64,000 nucleotides of DNA, taken from contig CAXBLU010000007.1 in NCBI GenBank assembly GCA_963976815.1, positions 41,645 through 105,644 of the forward strand. Reading direction: 5' to 3'. The notes under the pieces were generated by a model, which saw only the letters and a program-made list of their open reading frames with translations, was not told the origin of the DNA and searched no databases. Each line of letters opens with the position of its first letter. The stretch's first letter is position 1. Below, in pieces: positions 1-8,365 of this stretch. A program made the position numbers and the translations under genes. The DNA is from an uncultured Pseudomonadales bacterium (GTDB lineage Bacteria > Pseudomonadota > Gammaproteobacteria > Pseudomonadales > Azotimanducaceae).

Positions 1-265
1 ACGGATTGATGATCGAGGTAACCAGGTCCGCGTAGCTTTTTACTCTGGTGGTTTTTCCGCCCAGTGAAACTTTAATCTCGTGGTGGTCAGAACCCATATA
101 CGGAACGCCTTTTACAGTGTGACACTCGTTGCATTGCAGAAGCACAAAAGTCGTGCGACCTGCTTCTACATCGCCCGGCGGCAAATTAAACTCTCGATTG
201 TTGCAGGCTGTAACCATTGCTAGCGAGAGGAAAACAAAAAGACATCGAGGCAACTTTTTGATCAT
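1..265 (-). CDS. c-type cytochrome lipoprotein, N-terminal part only (gene runs off the left edge)
   Basis: This gene is absent from the ORF track because it has no stop codon in the window. Hand translation of the minus strand from the ATG at 265-263 gives MIKKLPRCLFVFLSLAMVTACNNREFNLPPGDVEAGRTTFVLLQCNECHTVKGVPYMGSDHHEIKVSLGGKTTRVKSYADLVTSIINP. It has a signal peptide with a lipobox-like VTAC and one CxxCH haem-binding motif (CNECH). Its ATG overlaps the TGA of the upstream USP gene (ATGA). Confidence 0.55.
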   Translation of the reverse strand, partial: MIKKLPRCLFVFLSLAMVTACNNREFNLPPGDVEAGRTTFVLLQCNECHTVKGVPYMGSDHHEIKVSLGGKTTRVKSYADLVTSIINP

Positions 266-1164
266 GACGGCTCTCCTTTGCGGGGATCGTCCACATCATC
301 GGGCTTCAGGACCAATACATCGCTGCTTAAATAGTCCACCACCTGTTCCGTCGTACTACCAATCAACAAATCCGCCACCATACTGCGGGAAATCCCACCC
401 ATCACCACTACATTGGCATCCGCCAACTCCTCCGCCTGACGTAGGGCGAAGACCGGCGCCTCCTCTACTAGCAGCCGTTGTTCTTCTGGCAACCCCACAT
501 CATCCATGAGCGCCTTAAACGCCGCTTGATGTTGCGCTCTTGCCTCTAAAGGGTAGGTGCCAGAAAAAATTTCGGATCGATACGCATGCACAGCCAACAC
601 ATTGCCATCCAGTAACTTCGCCAACCTTTGACTGACGTTTAGTATCTTGTGATCAAGACCCGAGGGTTTATGTCGTGCGTGGAACGGATCCACCGCAGCC
701 ACAATCGCCATTTGGTCCTTCCAGGGCTTGTCCTTAACAATCAGAAGAGGAGCCGGAGTAAAACGGAGCAATTGCCAATCGTCGTGGGTCAGCAACAACC
801 TCGATATGGCACCATGACGAATGACGTGATGGATAATGAGATCCACATCAAAGAATTTTGCGCGGGCGACTATCCCCTCGAAATTAGGGTAAGACCACTC
901 CGCTACTGTGGTGACCACCAGGCCATTTTCCCGCAGCGGTTCTGCAATTTTCTCTAATAAAGCTTTACGCTCTGCGAGATATTCCGAGCGCAGTTTCTTG
1001 ATTTCTGGGCCATCAAAATAGTAGCCCTCGAGCAGGTACTGTGTGTGGTCACAGGACAGCAGAATTAGCTCAAAATCATCTTGCTTGGCTAACTTTAGGG
1101 CTTTATCGAGGGAAACTTGATGATCGGCATCCGCATCAATTACCACCATAACTTTCTTGAACAT
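262..1164 (-). CDS. universal stress protein with tandem USP domains (UspE-like)
   Basis: The roughly 300-aa protein has two USP-like halves (MVVIDADADHQ... and MAIVAAVDPFH...VVMGGISRS). I moved the start to the ATG at 1164 (MFKKVMVV) because AGGTGA lies 5 nt upstream of it. The track's GTG start at 1173 sits inside that SD. Confidence 0.85.
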   Translation of the reverse strand: MFKKVMVVIDADADHQVSLDKALKLAKQDDFELILLSCDHTQYLLEGYYFDGPEIKKLRSEYLAERKALLEKIAEPLRENGLVVTTVAEWSYPNFEGIVARAKFFDVDLIIHHVIRHGAISRLLLTHDDWQLLRFTPAPLLIVKDKPWKDQMAIVAAVDPFHARHKPSGLDHKILNVSQRLAKLLDGNVLAVHAYRSEIFSGTYPLEARAQHQAAFKALMDDVGLPEEQRLLVEEAPVFALRQAEELADANVVVMGGISRSMVADLLIGSTTEQVVDYLSSDVLVLKPDDVDDPRKGEPS

Positions 1165-1290
1165 GGGTCTCACCTTTATTGGATGATCGTTCAGCTTTTA
1201 TTATGTGCAATGTCTCGAAGCAGGGACTTGATGTAGATCAACCTTTAGGTCGGAAACTGCTAGTACACAGGCGGCCATAATCTGGACGCA

Positions 1291-1327
1291 GAAACAAATA
1301 GGCCCGCTATCCTTTCGGCTAGCGGGC
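1291..1327 (-). terminator. putative intrinsic terminator downstream of the small Lys-rich ORF
   Basis: GCCCGCTA (1302-1309) pairs with TAGCGGGC (1320-1327). On the minus-strand transcript the stem is followed by UAUUUGUUU. Confidence 0.45.
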
Positions 1328-1347
1328 TTATTATTGCGACTTGCGTC

Positions 1348-1452
1348 TTACTTTCTTTTCTGCTTTTTAGCAGGTTTAGCAGCGGAAACCGTTGCGCCTG
1401 TTTTTGGCTTGGAAGATTTGGACACAGATTTTTGCTTTGTAGCCATCTGCAT
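1348..1452 (-). CDS. 34-aa lysine-rich small protein (hypothetical)
   Basis: The track ORF 1348..1551 is trimmed to the internal ATG at 1452 (MQMATKQKSVSKSSKPKTGATVSAAKPAKKQKRK). GGAG lies 6 nt upstream (tttGGAGtaatATG) and a hairpin terminator follows. No family was recognised. Confidence 0.35.
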   Translation of the reverse strand: MQMATKQKSVSKSSKPKTGATVSAAKPAKKQKRK

Positions 1453-1617
1453 ATTACTCCAAAAATGACCCCACCCGATGTGAGGCAAACGCATATTAAT
1501 CCCAGATTCTAAAAACGCAATAGGGTGATGAAAAATATTTTTATACTCCAACGGAACAACTCAAGCCCGTCAATTCTCCGCCAGCTTTCGAGGCTAATTC
1601 TGCTGCTTAAATAAGTT

Positions 1618-2265
1618 CTAGTCCCCATCAGATACAACTGTCCTGCTTCGTTGATAGGCCAAATAACCAATCCCTACCGCGCCACCGACACCGACAATCC
1701 AGTAGGCGTATTCATCCCACCAATTGACGAAGCTCTGGCCCAAAAAGATGATGGCAATGACACCGGGCAATATGCCAATCAGCGTACCCAGCAGAAAGGT
1801 TGCCAACGAAATAGGTGAGGCAGCGAGCACCCAATGCACAACGGGGTGCAGGAACGTCGTTAGCCGAATAGCCACGATTGCCCTAAGCGGTGAATTTTGC
1901 AGGCCTTTATTTAGTCCTTCGAACCCTTTTGGCAATTTTTCATGAAAGCGATCTCCGAGAACATGTCTGGCCACTAAAAAAGCAACCGTCGCAGCCAACA
2001 ATGCTGCGACGAGTGCTAGCGGCAGCGCTATCCACCACGGCCAGATCAGTCCAGCACAGAGCACCCAGAAAACCGAAGGGACCTGCAACAGCTCTCCAGC
2101 AACAAATGCCACCACAAATGCAATGGGGGCCCAGACCCCGAGTGTAGCTTTAATTTCACGCAATCGATCAACCGTCAGATACTCAAAAAAATCGAAGTAC
2201 CAGGCGCAAGCAAACGCAATGGCGAGGATTAATGCTATGGCAATTCGGGTTAAGTTTTGCATCAC
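1618..2265 (-). CDS. TVP38/TMEM64 (DedA-related, VTT domain) membrane protein
   Basis: The 215-aa polytopic membrane protein has a central motif region (RLTTFLHPVVHWVLAASPISLATFLLGTLIGILPG) typical of this family. Confidence 0.7.
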   Translation of the reverse strand: MMQNLTRIAIALILAIAFACAWYFDFFEYLTVDRLREIKATLGVWAPIAFVVAFVAGELLQVPSVFWVLCAGLIWPWWIALPLALVAALLAATVAFLVARHVLGDRFHEKLPKGFEGLNKGLQNSPLRAIVAIRLTTFLHPVVHWVLAASPISLATFLLGTLIGILPGVIAIIFLGQSFVNWWDEYAYWIVGVGGAVGIGYLAYQRSRTVVSDGD

Positions 2266-2375
2266 AGAACTGTAGCAGCCCTGCCCGCGGATTGGGTAGA
2301 GACAGCTCTGTGATGAAAAAAGTGTGGAGTTCTGTTACAACGGTTCAACATGCTGGGTGAAATAAGTAGTGAGTT

Positions 2376-3920
2376 ATGACCGACACCGCGACTGTACAAC
2401 CGAATGAGTTTCTAGGACATCCGAAGGGTCTGTTTGTTCTGTTCTTCACAGAAATGTGGGAGCGGTTTAGCTACTACGGTATGCGAGCATTACTTGTACT
2501 CTACCTGACCAAACACTTCCTGTTCGGAGACAAAGAAGCGAGCTTGATTTATGGCAGCTATGGATCTTTAGTCTACGCAATGCCTCTCATCGGCGGACTG
2601 ATTGCAGATCGGTACCTGGGATACCGGAAAGCCGTGACCTTTGGCGCTGTGTTACTGGTATTAGGGCATTTCGGTATGGCCTTTGAGGGCCCAGCAGCAG
2701 AACTCATTGGTGGAGAAGTTGTCCGGAGTGGAATCCATACCCAGGCATTCTACCTGTCTTTGTCCTTTATCATCGTCGGGGTCGGCTTCTTAAAAGCCAA
2801 TATTTCCACAATTGTCGGCCAACTCTATGGGGAAAAAGATCCACGGCGGGACGGCGGCTTTACCATTTTTTACATGGGCATCAATGTCGGCGCCTTCACC
2901 GCTACGTTAGCCTGCGCCTACCTGGGAGAAACTTACGGCTGGCGGTACGGTTTTGGTTTAGCAGGCATCGGCATGTTGTTTGGTCTTGGGGTGTTCCTAA
3001 TCTTTCGGCAGCACCTGCAAGGTTACGGCGAACCTCCTGCACCTGAGGTGCTAGCCAAACCCGTTGGTCCATTCCTAAACTTTTCATTTTTAAGTCAGGA
3101 GCGGCTGATTTACCTGGTGAGTGTTATCTCGGTGTTTGCGATTTGGCAGATCATTCAGCGCACGTCTGAACTGGGCTTTGCACTACTGGCCCTTGGCACC
3201 ATTGTTGTTGCATGGACAATCTGGTTTTCCCTCGCCAAATGCACCACGGTTGAACGCGATCGAATGCTCGTAATGTTAATCTTAATCATCGCATCGGTCT
3301 TTTTCTGGGCATTGTTCGAACAGGCTGGCTCATCCCTAACGCTATTCACAGACCGCAACATCGATAAAGGCAATCTGACCGCTGGTATGTTCCAGGCCTT
3401 CAACCCATTTTTTATTATCGTTTGTGCACCCCTATTCGCCTGGCTCTGGGTGCGGCTATCAGCCAACGGATTGGAACCCACCACCCCCGCAAAATTTGGA
3501 CTCGGCATTATTCAGGTCGGATTAGGGTTTGCGGTGCTGGTTTATGGTGCATCCCAGGCAGATGAAAATGGCAGCGTCGCACTGATCTGGTTAGCCCTGA
3601 TGTACTTGTTACATACCACTGGCGAGCTTTGCCTTTCTCCGGTTGGGTTATCAATGGTCACCAAACTTTCAGTTCAAAAAGTGGCGGCCATGATGATGGG
3701 AGTGTGGTTTTTGTCTAGCGCATTTGCTTCTTACGCCGGCGGTATTATCGCCGGCGCGATGGCAATAGATGCTTCTTCCGGTGACGCTATTGATGCAGCC
3801 ACCTCCTTGCTGACCTATAGCACTGTGTTTGAAAAGTTAGCCATGGTTGCCATCGGCTTCGGTGTATTTATGTTACTGATTTCTCCACTGCTCCATAAGC
3901 GTATGCATGGTGTTCATTAA
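2376..3920 (+). CDS. POT/PTR2 family proton-dependent di/tripeptide transporter
   Basis: The N-terminus carries the PTR2 signature FTEMWERFSYYGMRALLVLYL. The protein is 514 aa with many TM segments. Confidence 0.9.
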   Translation: MTDTATVQPNEFLGHPKGLFVLFFTEMWERFSYYGMRALLVLYLTKHFLFGDKEASLIYGSYGSLVYAMPLIGGLIADRYLGYRKAVTFGAVLLVLGHFGMAFEGPAAELIGGEVVRSGIHTQAFYLSLSFIIVGVGFLKANISTIVGQLYGEKDPRRDGGFTIFYMGINVGAFTATLACAYLGETYGWRYGFGLAGIGMLFGLGVFLIFRQHLQGYGEPPAPEVLAKPVGPFLNFSFLSQERLIYLVSVISVFAIWQIIQRTSELGFALLALGTIVVAWTIWFSLAKCTTVERDRMLVMLILIIASVFFWALFEQAGSSLTLFTDRNIDKGNLTAGMFQAFNPFFIIVCAPLFAWLWVRLSANGLEPTTPAKFGLGIIQVGLGFAVLVYGASQADENGSVALIWLALMYLLHTTGELCLSPVGLSMVTKLSVQKVAAMMMGVWFLSSAFASYAGGIIAGAMAIDASSGDAIDAATSLLTYSTVFEKLAMVAIGFGVFMLLISPLLHKRMHGVH

Positions 3921-5380
3921 TGAGCCCACAAAAATCAAGCCGACCTAATATTCTGATGGTTATGCCTGACCAACAGCGCGCCGATTGTATCGGTTGTTTT
4001 GGCAACCCGCATATTCAAACACCCAATATCGATGCTCTCGCGGCACGGGGCATGAAGTTCACCAATGCCTATGCAAACCATCCCGTCTGCGGACCATCTC
4101 GCGTGAACCTGATGACCGGTTGGTATCCCCACACCCGTGGCCATAGAACCCTGACCCATCTGGTCCAGCCCCAGGAACCCAATCTACTTAAGTACCTGAA
4201 GGACGGTGGTTATCAAGTCGCTTTTGCCGGGGCTCGCGGTGATGTTTTTGCACCTGGGGTAACCGAAGATTCCACTCACTTTTGCGGCTGGACAACAAAG
4301 CCGAACAAAATGGGCATGGGCCCCCAGTTTGAGGCTGGGAGCGCTTTGTATAACGCTTTCTACCATGGCAAACGGCCGGGAGACACCTGGCTAGACTTTG
4401 ACGAGGCAGCAACTCAAACGGCGCTGGACTGGCTCGCAGACCGGCCTGACGGCCCCTGGTGTCTTTGGCTACCGCTCATTTTTCCCCACTTGCCATTCGA
4501 AGTGGAAGACCCCTGGTATAGCATGTACTCCCCGAATGACGTTGCTCCTAGAATCAAACACCACGGGCAGGGCAAACCTAAATTTCACCAGGGTATCCGG
4601 GACAAGCTCGGAACGACACAGCTGGAGGAATCCGAATGGCAGGAGATCCAACGAGTCTACTACGGCATGATCAGTCGTGTTGACTGGCAACTTGGACGAA
4701 TCCTTGAGCAGGTAGAAAAAAATGGTGAGACAGACAACACCGTCACCTTATTTTTTACAGACCATGGTGAGTATGCCGGCGACTTTGATCTGGTCGAAAA
4801 ATGGCCCTCCGGGCTCGATAACTGTTTACTCCAAAACCCATTAATCGTCGCTGGCCCTGGGATCAAGTCTAACAGTACGGCTCAGACCTTTACTGAGATG
4901 GTTGATATTCTGCCAACCATTTTGGAACTCGCCGAAATAGAAATAGGTCACACTCAATTCGGCAAATCTTTAGTACCGGTATTCAAAGACCCCGGACACT
5001 CCATTCGCGATTCTGCGTTTTCTGAAGGCGGCTTCGCCATTTCGGAATTAGATTTACTGGAGGAGGCCAGTGGCGAGTACGCCAAAAAGTCCGAGTTACA
5101 ACATGAGGATCCGGAGCTGGTGGGCAAGGCCATTTCACTTCGCACCGAACAATATACCTATGTTTATCGACTCTACGAAAATGATGAACTCTACGATCGA
5201 GTCACTGATCCCAATGAAACCATAAACCTGGCCCAAAACCCTGAACGCCAGAAACAGTTAAGCGCTTTTAAAGCAGACGTTTTGGAATGGTTATTCACCA
5301 CTGCGGACATTATTCCCTGGGCTACCGATCCCAGGTTTCCTCGCATTCCACAGGGACAACACGAGGAATTCAAAGCCTAG
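3920..5380 (+). CDS. sulfatase (Cys-type, formylglycine-dependent), no signal peptide
   Basis: The N-terminus PNILMVMPDQQRAD followed by the CGPSR (CxPxR) motif is typical of the arylsulfatase family. The start ATG overlaps the TAA of the POT gene (TAATG). Confidence 0.85.
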   Translation: MSPQKSSRPNILMVMPDQQRADCIGCFGNPHIQTPNIDALAARGMKFTNAYANHPVCGPSRVNLMTGWYPHTRGHRTLTHLVQPQEPNLLKYLKDGGYQVAFAGARGDVFAPGVTEDSTHFCGWTTKPNKMGMGPQFEAGSALYNAFYHGKRPGDTWLDFDEAATQTALDWLADRPDGPWCLWLPLIFPHLPFEVEDPWYSMYSPNDVAPRIKHHGQGKPKFHQGIRDKLGTTQLEESEWQEIQRVYYGMISRVDWQLGRILEQVEKNGETDNTVTLFFTDHGEYAGDFDLVEKWPSGLDNCLLQNPLIVAGPGIKSNSTAQTFTEMVDILPTILELAEIEIGHTQFGKSLVPVFKDPGHSIRDSAFSEGGFAISELDLLEEASGEYAKKSELQHEDPELVGKAISLRTEQYTYVYRLYENDELYDRVTDPNETINLAQNPERQKQLSAFKADVLEWLFTTADIIPWATDPRFPRIPQGQHEEFKA

Positions 5381-5408
5381 GCTCTTTTCGGCTGAGATTT
5401 TGGCAGGG

Positions 5409-6338
5409 CTATTTCGACCCGTCGTCCTTTAAAGTCTTCCCAAGACCAAGGTTGTCCAACCAGCCACGGTATTCCGCAATATTGATGGGCAATACAATCC
5501 GGCTGTTCTCCAGGCTCCTGATAACATCAATATAACGTTCACTTAGTTTCAATTTAAAGGCTGCGGTACCGCCTTTTTCGTTAAGCGCTCCGGCAATTTT
5601 TTCGATTGAACCTGCGGTAGCAACTGCAATTGCACGAATCTCTTCCGCGTTACCTTCAGCTTCATTGATCCGCTTTTGCATCTCGCCTTCCGAGCGATTA
5701 ATCAATTCGGCCTTAAGTCCCTCTGATCGATTAATCCGGCTTTGCATGTCTCCTTCTGCGGTGGCAATTACCGCCCGACCTTCTCGCTCAGCATTGACCT
5801 GCATCTCCATGGCGTTTCGAACCGTATGGGGAGGCTCAATATTTTTGATTTCATATCGGTGAACACGAATTCCCCAGCTGGCGCCCGCAAGGTCTAACAC
5901 TTCCACCACCTTAGCACTGATCACGTCCCGCTCTTCAAACGTTCTGTCCAGATCTAACGTCCCAATGACCGATCGGGTTGTCGTTTGAGCCAACAACACT
6001 GCGGCGTCGCGATAATCTACAATGCCATAACTGGCTTTTACCGGATCCATAACTGACATGTAGATAACACCATCCACAATCACCTTCACCTCATCACCGG
6101 TAAAGCAGTCCTGAGGCGGGACATCTATCGCTTCTTCCCTTAGATCCTGGACAAAAGTGACCGTGTCGATAAAAGGGATTAAGGCATGAAACCCAGCCTC
6201 CAGGGTCTTATGATATTTACCCAGGCGCTCAACAATATGTGCTGTTTGGGTAGAAACTAACCGTATCGACTGAAAGAACTTGACCACCAGCACCAAAAAT
6301 AGGATGCCCCAGATCACCATTACAAAAATATCCATCAT
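5409..6338 (-). CDS. SPFH/band-7 (stomatin/slipin-like) protein, paralog 2
   Basis: It has an N-terminal TM segment, an SPFH core and a C-terminal coiled coil with the repeat INRSEGEMQKRINEAEGNAEE. It overlaps the upstream paralog by 4 nt. Confidence 0.85.
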   Translation of the reverse strand: MMDIFVMVIWGILFLVLVVKFFQSIRLVSTQTAHIVERLGKYHKTLEAGFHALIPFIDTVTFVQDLREEAIDVPPQDCFTGDEVKVIVDGVIYMSVMDPVKASYGIVDYRDAAVLLAQTTTRSVIGTLDLDRTFEERDVISAKVVEVLDLAGASWGIRVHRYEIKNIEPPHTVRNAMEMQVNAEREGRAVIATAEGDMQSRINRSEGLKAELINRSEGEMQKRINEAEGNAEEIRAIAVATAGSIEKIAGALNEKGGTAAFKLKLSERYIDVIRSLENSRIVLPINIAEYRGWLDNLGLGKTLKDDGSK

Positions 6339-7276
6339 GATCTGTCTCCGCCGTTACTGCCTTTGATGGATTGGGCTACCTGGTCAAAGCCGGTAAAGAA
6401 CCCATCGATTTTGGCGAGCTCTGCCGGCACAACGCTCACTTCAGAATTAGCCAGCAATTCTTTCAGCCGTTCGATATAGGACTCAACCAGCTGGAGATTC
6501 ATTGCATCCTCACCACTCGGTTGGTTGATCGCATTTGCAACAAGGGAAGTGCCTTCAGCTGTTGCCGTGGCGAGGATCGAAATCTCCTCGGCTCGACCGT
6601 GGGCCTCATTAATTCGTTTTTGCCGTTCTCCTTCAGAGATATTAATCGCTTCCTGCCTCTCCCCCTGGCTCAATTTAATTGTGCTATCCCGCTCAGCGTT
6701 AGCAAGGGTGATTTCCGCCCGCTTGCGTCGCTCTGCTTCCATTTGTTTTTCCAGGGTGTCGATCACCGTGGGCGACGGCGTAATGTTCATTACCTCGTAA
6801 CGCAGCACCTTAATACCCCAGGGCTCTGAGGCATGGTCAATTTCTCTCACAATCGTTTCGTTTAATGCTTCACGCTCCGAGAAGGTACCGCCGAGTGTCA
6901 GTTTACCCACTTCCGATCTGACGGTGGTTTGGGCCAGATTCACTGCCGCAATCAGATAGTCTTCAATGCCGTAGCTCGCCTTGTACGGATCCATGACTTT
7001 GATATAGAGCAAACCATCCACATCAATTTGAATATTGTCCCGTGAAATACAGCTCTGATGAGGAATGGTCAGACACTGTTCTCGAGTTTCCTGCCGGTAC
7101 GCAACCCGATCGACAAAGGGAATCAAAAAATGTAGGCCGGCGTTAAGCACAGCGCGAAATTTTCCGAGTCTCTCAATGACGCAGACCTCCCGCACATGCA
7201 CGATCAAAATCAAGTTATAGAGGAGGAACATGCCGACCAATAACGCTATCGTAAAATAGAACATAAGTAGACTCAC
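6335..7276 (-). CDS. SPFH/band-7 (stomatin/slipin-like) protein, paralog 1
   Basis: It has the same architecture as 5409..6338 (INISEGERQKRINEAHGRAEE). It overlaps the NfeD gene by 4 nt. Confidence 0.85.
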   Translation of the reverse strand: MSLLMFYFTIALLVGMFLLYNLILIVHVREVCVIERLGKFRAVLNAGLHFLIPFVDRVAYRQETREQCLTIPHQSCISRDNIQIDVDGLLYIKVMDPYKASYGIEDYLIAAVNLAQTTVRSEVGKLTLGGTFSEREALNETIVREIDHASEPWGIKVLRYEVMNITPSPTVIDTLEKQMEAERRKRAEITLANAERDSTIKLSQGERQEAINISEGERQKRINEAHGRAEEISILATATAEGTSLVANAINQPSGEDAMNLQLVESYIERLKELLANSEVSVVPAELAKIDGFFTGFDQVAQSIKGSNGGDRS

Positions 7277-7752
7277 TCGCCGTTCATTGTTGGTTTGCTT
7301 TCCGTAATCGGCTCAACGATGTAACTCACATTGTCTCTTCCAACAATCTGAACCAAATTACCCGCGTCAATTTCCTGTCCATCGCTCAAGGCTTTCCAGC
7401 GAGTCCCATGGTATTCAATCAAACCTCTTTTCTGGCCCGGCCCAATTGTTTTGACAACCGCAACCTGCTGGCCAATATCATCAAGGATTTCGATTGTGTT
7501 GCCACGACTAAAATCGCCCCCTGCAAAACGCATAAAAAACGATCGCAGTGTCATGACTAAAGCCACGGATGAGACAAAAAACAGTGTGAGGGCGGTCACC
7601 CAGGTGGATACCCATCCCAACACAACCGCTAGTGCCACCAGCAGACAAGCAAAACCCAAAAAGACAACCACCCCGCCGGGGATGATGAGTTCAGCCAGTA
7701 TCAGCACAATACCGGCGATGAGCCAAAGTGTAGGAAGTAGTAGATATGTCAT
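7273..7752 (-). CDS. NfeD family membrane protein
   Basis: The 159-aa protein has a hydrophobic N-terminal half and a C-terminal soluble OB-like domain (VKTIGPGQKRGLIEYHGTRWKAL). It sits in the classical position upstream of SPFH genes. Confidence 0.8.
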   Translation of the reverse strand: MTYLLLPTLWLIAGIVLILAELIIPGGVVVFLGFACLLVALAVVLGWVSTWVTALTLFFVSSVALVMTLRSFFMRFAGGDFSRGNTIEILDDIGQQVAVVKTIGPGQKRGLIEYHGTRWKALSDGQEIDAGNLVQIVGRDNVSYIVEPITESKPTMNGE

Positions 7753-7759
7753 AAGCAGA

Positions 7760-7788
7760 ATTTGAACCGCTTTGACATATTATGTCAA
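7760..7788 (-). promoter_or_regulatory. putative sigma70 promoter inside a perfect palindrome; possibly a leaderless transcript for the NfeD operon
   Basis: The minus strand reads TTGACA (7788-7783), a 17-nt spacer, TCAAAT (7765-7760), then 7 nt to the ATG at 7752. No SD is visible. TTGACATA-T-TATGTCAA (7772-7788) is a perfect inverted repeat. Confidence 0.35.
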
Positions 7789-7902
7789 CCGTTAAGTTGG
7801 ATGGATGAATTTTGTCTGATCGAATATGGGGCCGAACCCTATCGACCCCGGACTAACTGAGCTAAATATCTGATGTTGGGTTAGAAACCCGGGCTAGCAC
7901 GA

Positions 7903-8103
7903 TCAAAAAGCCGATTGAGGGGACGCTTGTGGTGCGCGGAGTCGCTCCATTGCTTCCTGATAGCTTGATCCACTAATCCAATTTCGTGGCTTCCTGCCCT
8001 CCTTCTTGACCAGAAATTCTGGCTTAAAGGGAACAAGCTGGACGTCCTGAACGTTAAGGTCCTTTAGGAGTTCGTCGGAGGCTGGAAGAAATACTGTTTT
8101 CAT
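7903..8103 (-). CDS. hypothetical small protein
   Basis: This is an ORF only, trimmed to the internal ATG (MKTVFLPASDELLKDL...). The SD is weak and no family was recognised. Confidence 0.25.
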   Translation of the reverse strand: MKTVFLPASDELLKDLNVQDVQLVPFKPEFLVKKEGRKPRNWISGSSYQEAMERLRAPQASPQSAF

Positions 8104-8240
8104 TTGTAGCACCAAAAATGTCTCAATCAACGTATCTAAGTAAACGCGAAAATACCCAAACCTATCGCCAGTTATAATGAAAGAGTTATGAAGGATGCTG
8201 GAGAACCGGTGGACTAGAAGAAATTACTTCTGGTTTTCGT

Positions 8241-8310
8241 TGTCTGAGACTAATTGTCTGAGACTAATTGTCTTACACTAGATGCCTTACACTAGACGAC
8301 TACACTAGTC
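8241..8310. repeat. 5 x 14 bp tandem direct repeat upstream of the response-regulator gene
   Basis: The copies are TGTCTGAGACTAAT, TGTCTGAGACTAAT, TGTCTTACACTAGA, TGCCTTACACTAGA and CGACTACACTAGTC, and they are contiguous. The array ends 55 nt before the ATG at 8366. Confidence 0.8.
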
Positions 8311-8365
8311 TCCAGTGCCAGAGCATAGTTAGGTAATAAACAGCTACACAATAAAAGGATGTTTC

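Noticed and set aside
129-509. A 126-aa proline-rich ORF lies on the plus strand.
   Set aside because: It is antisense to the well-supported USP gene and to the cytochrome start. The Pro/His-rich translation is typical of an out-of-frame artefact.
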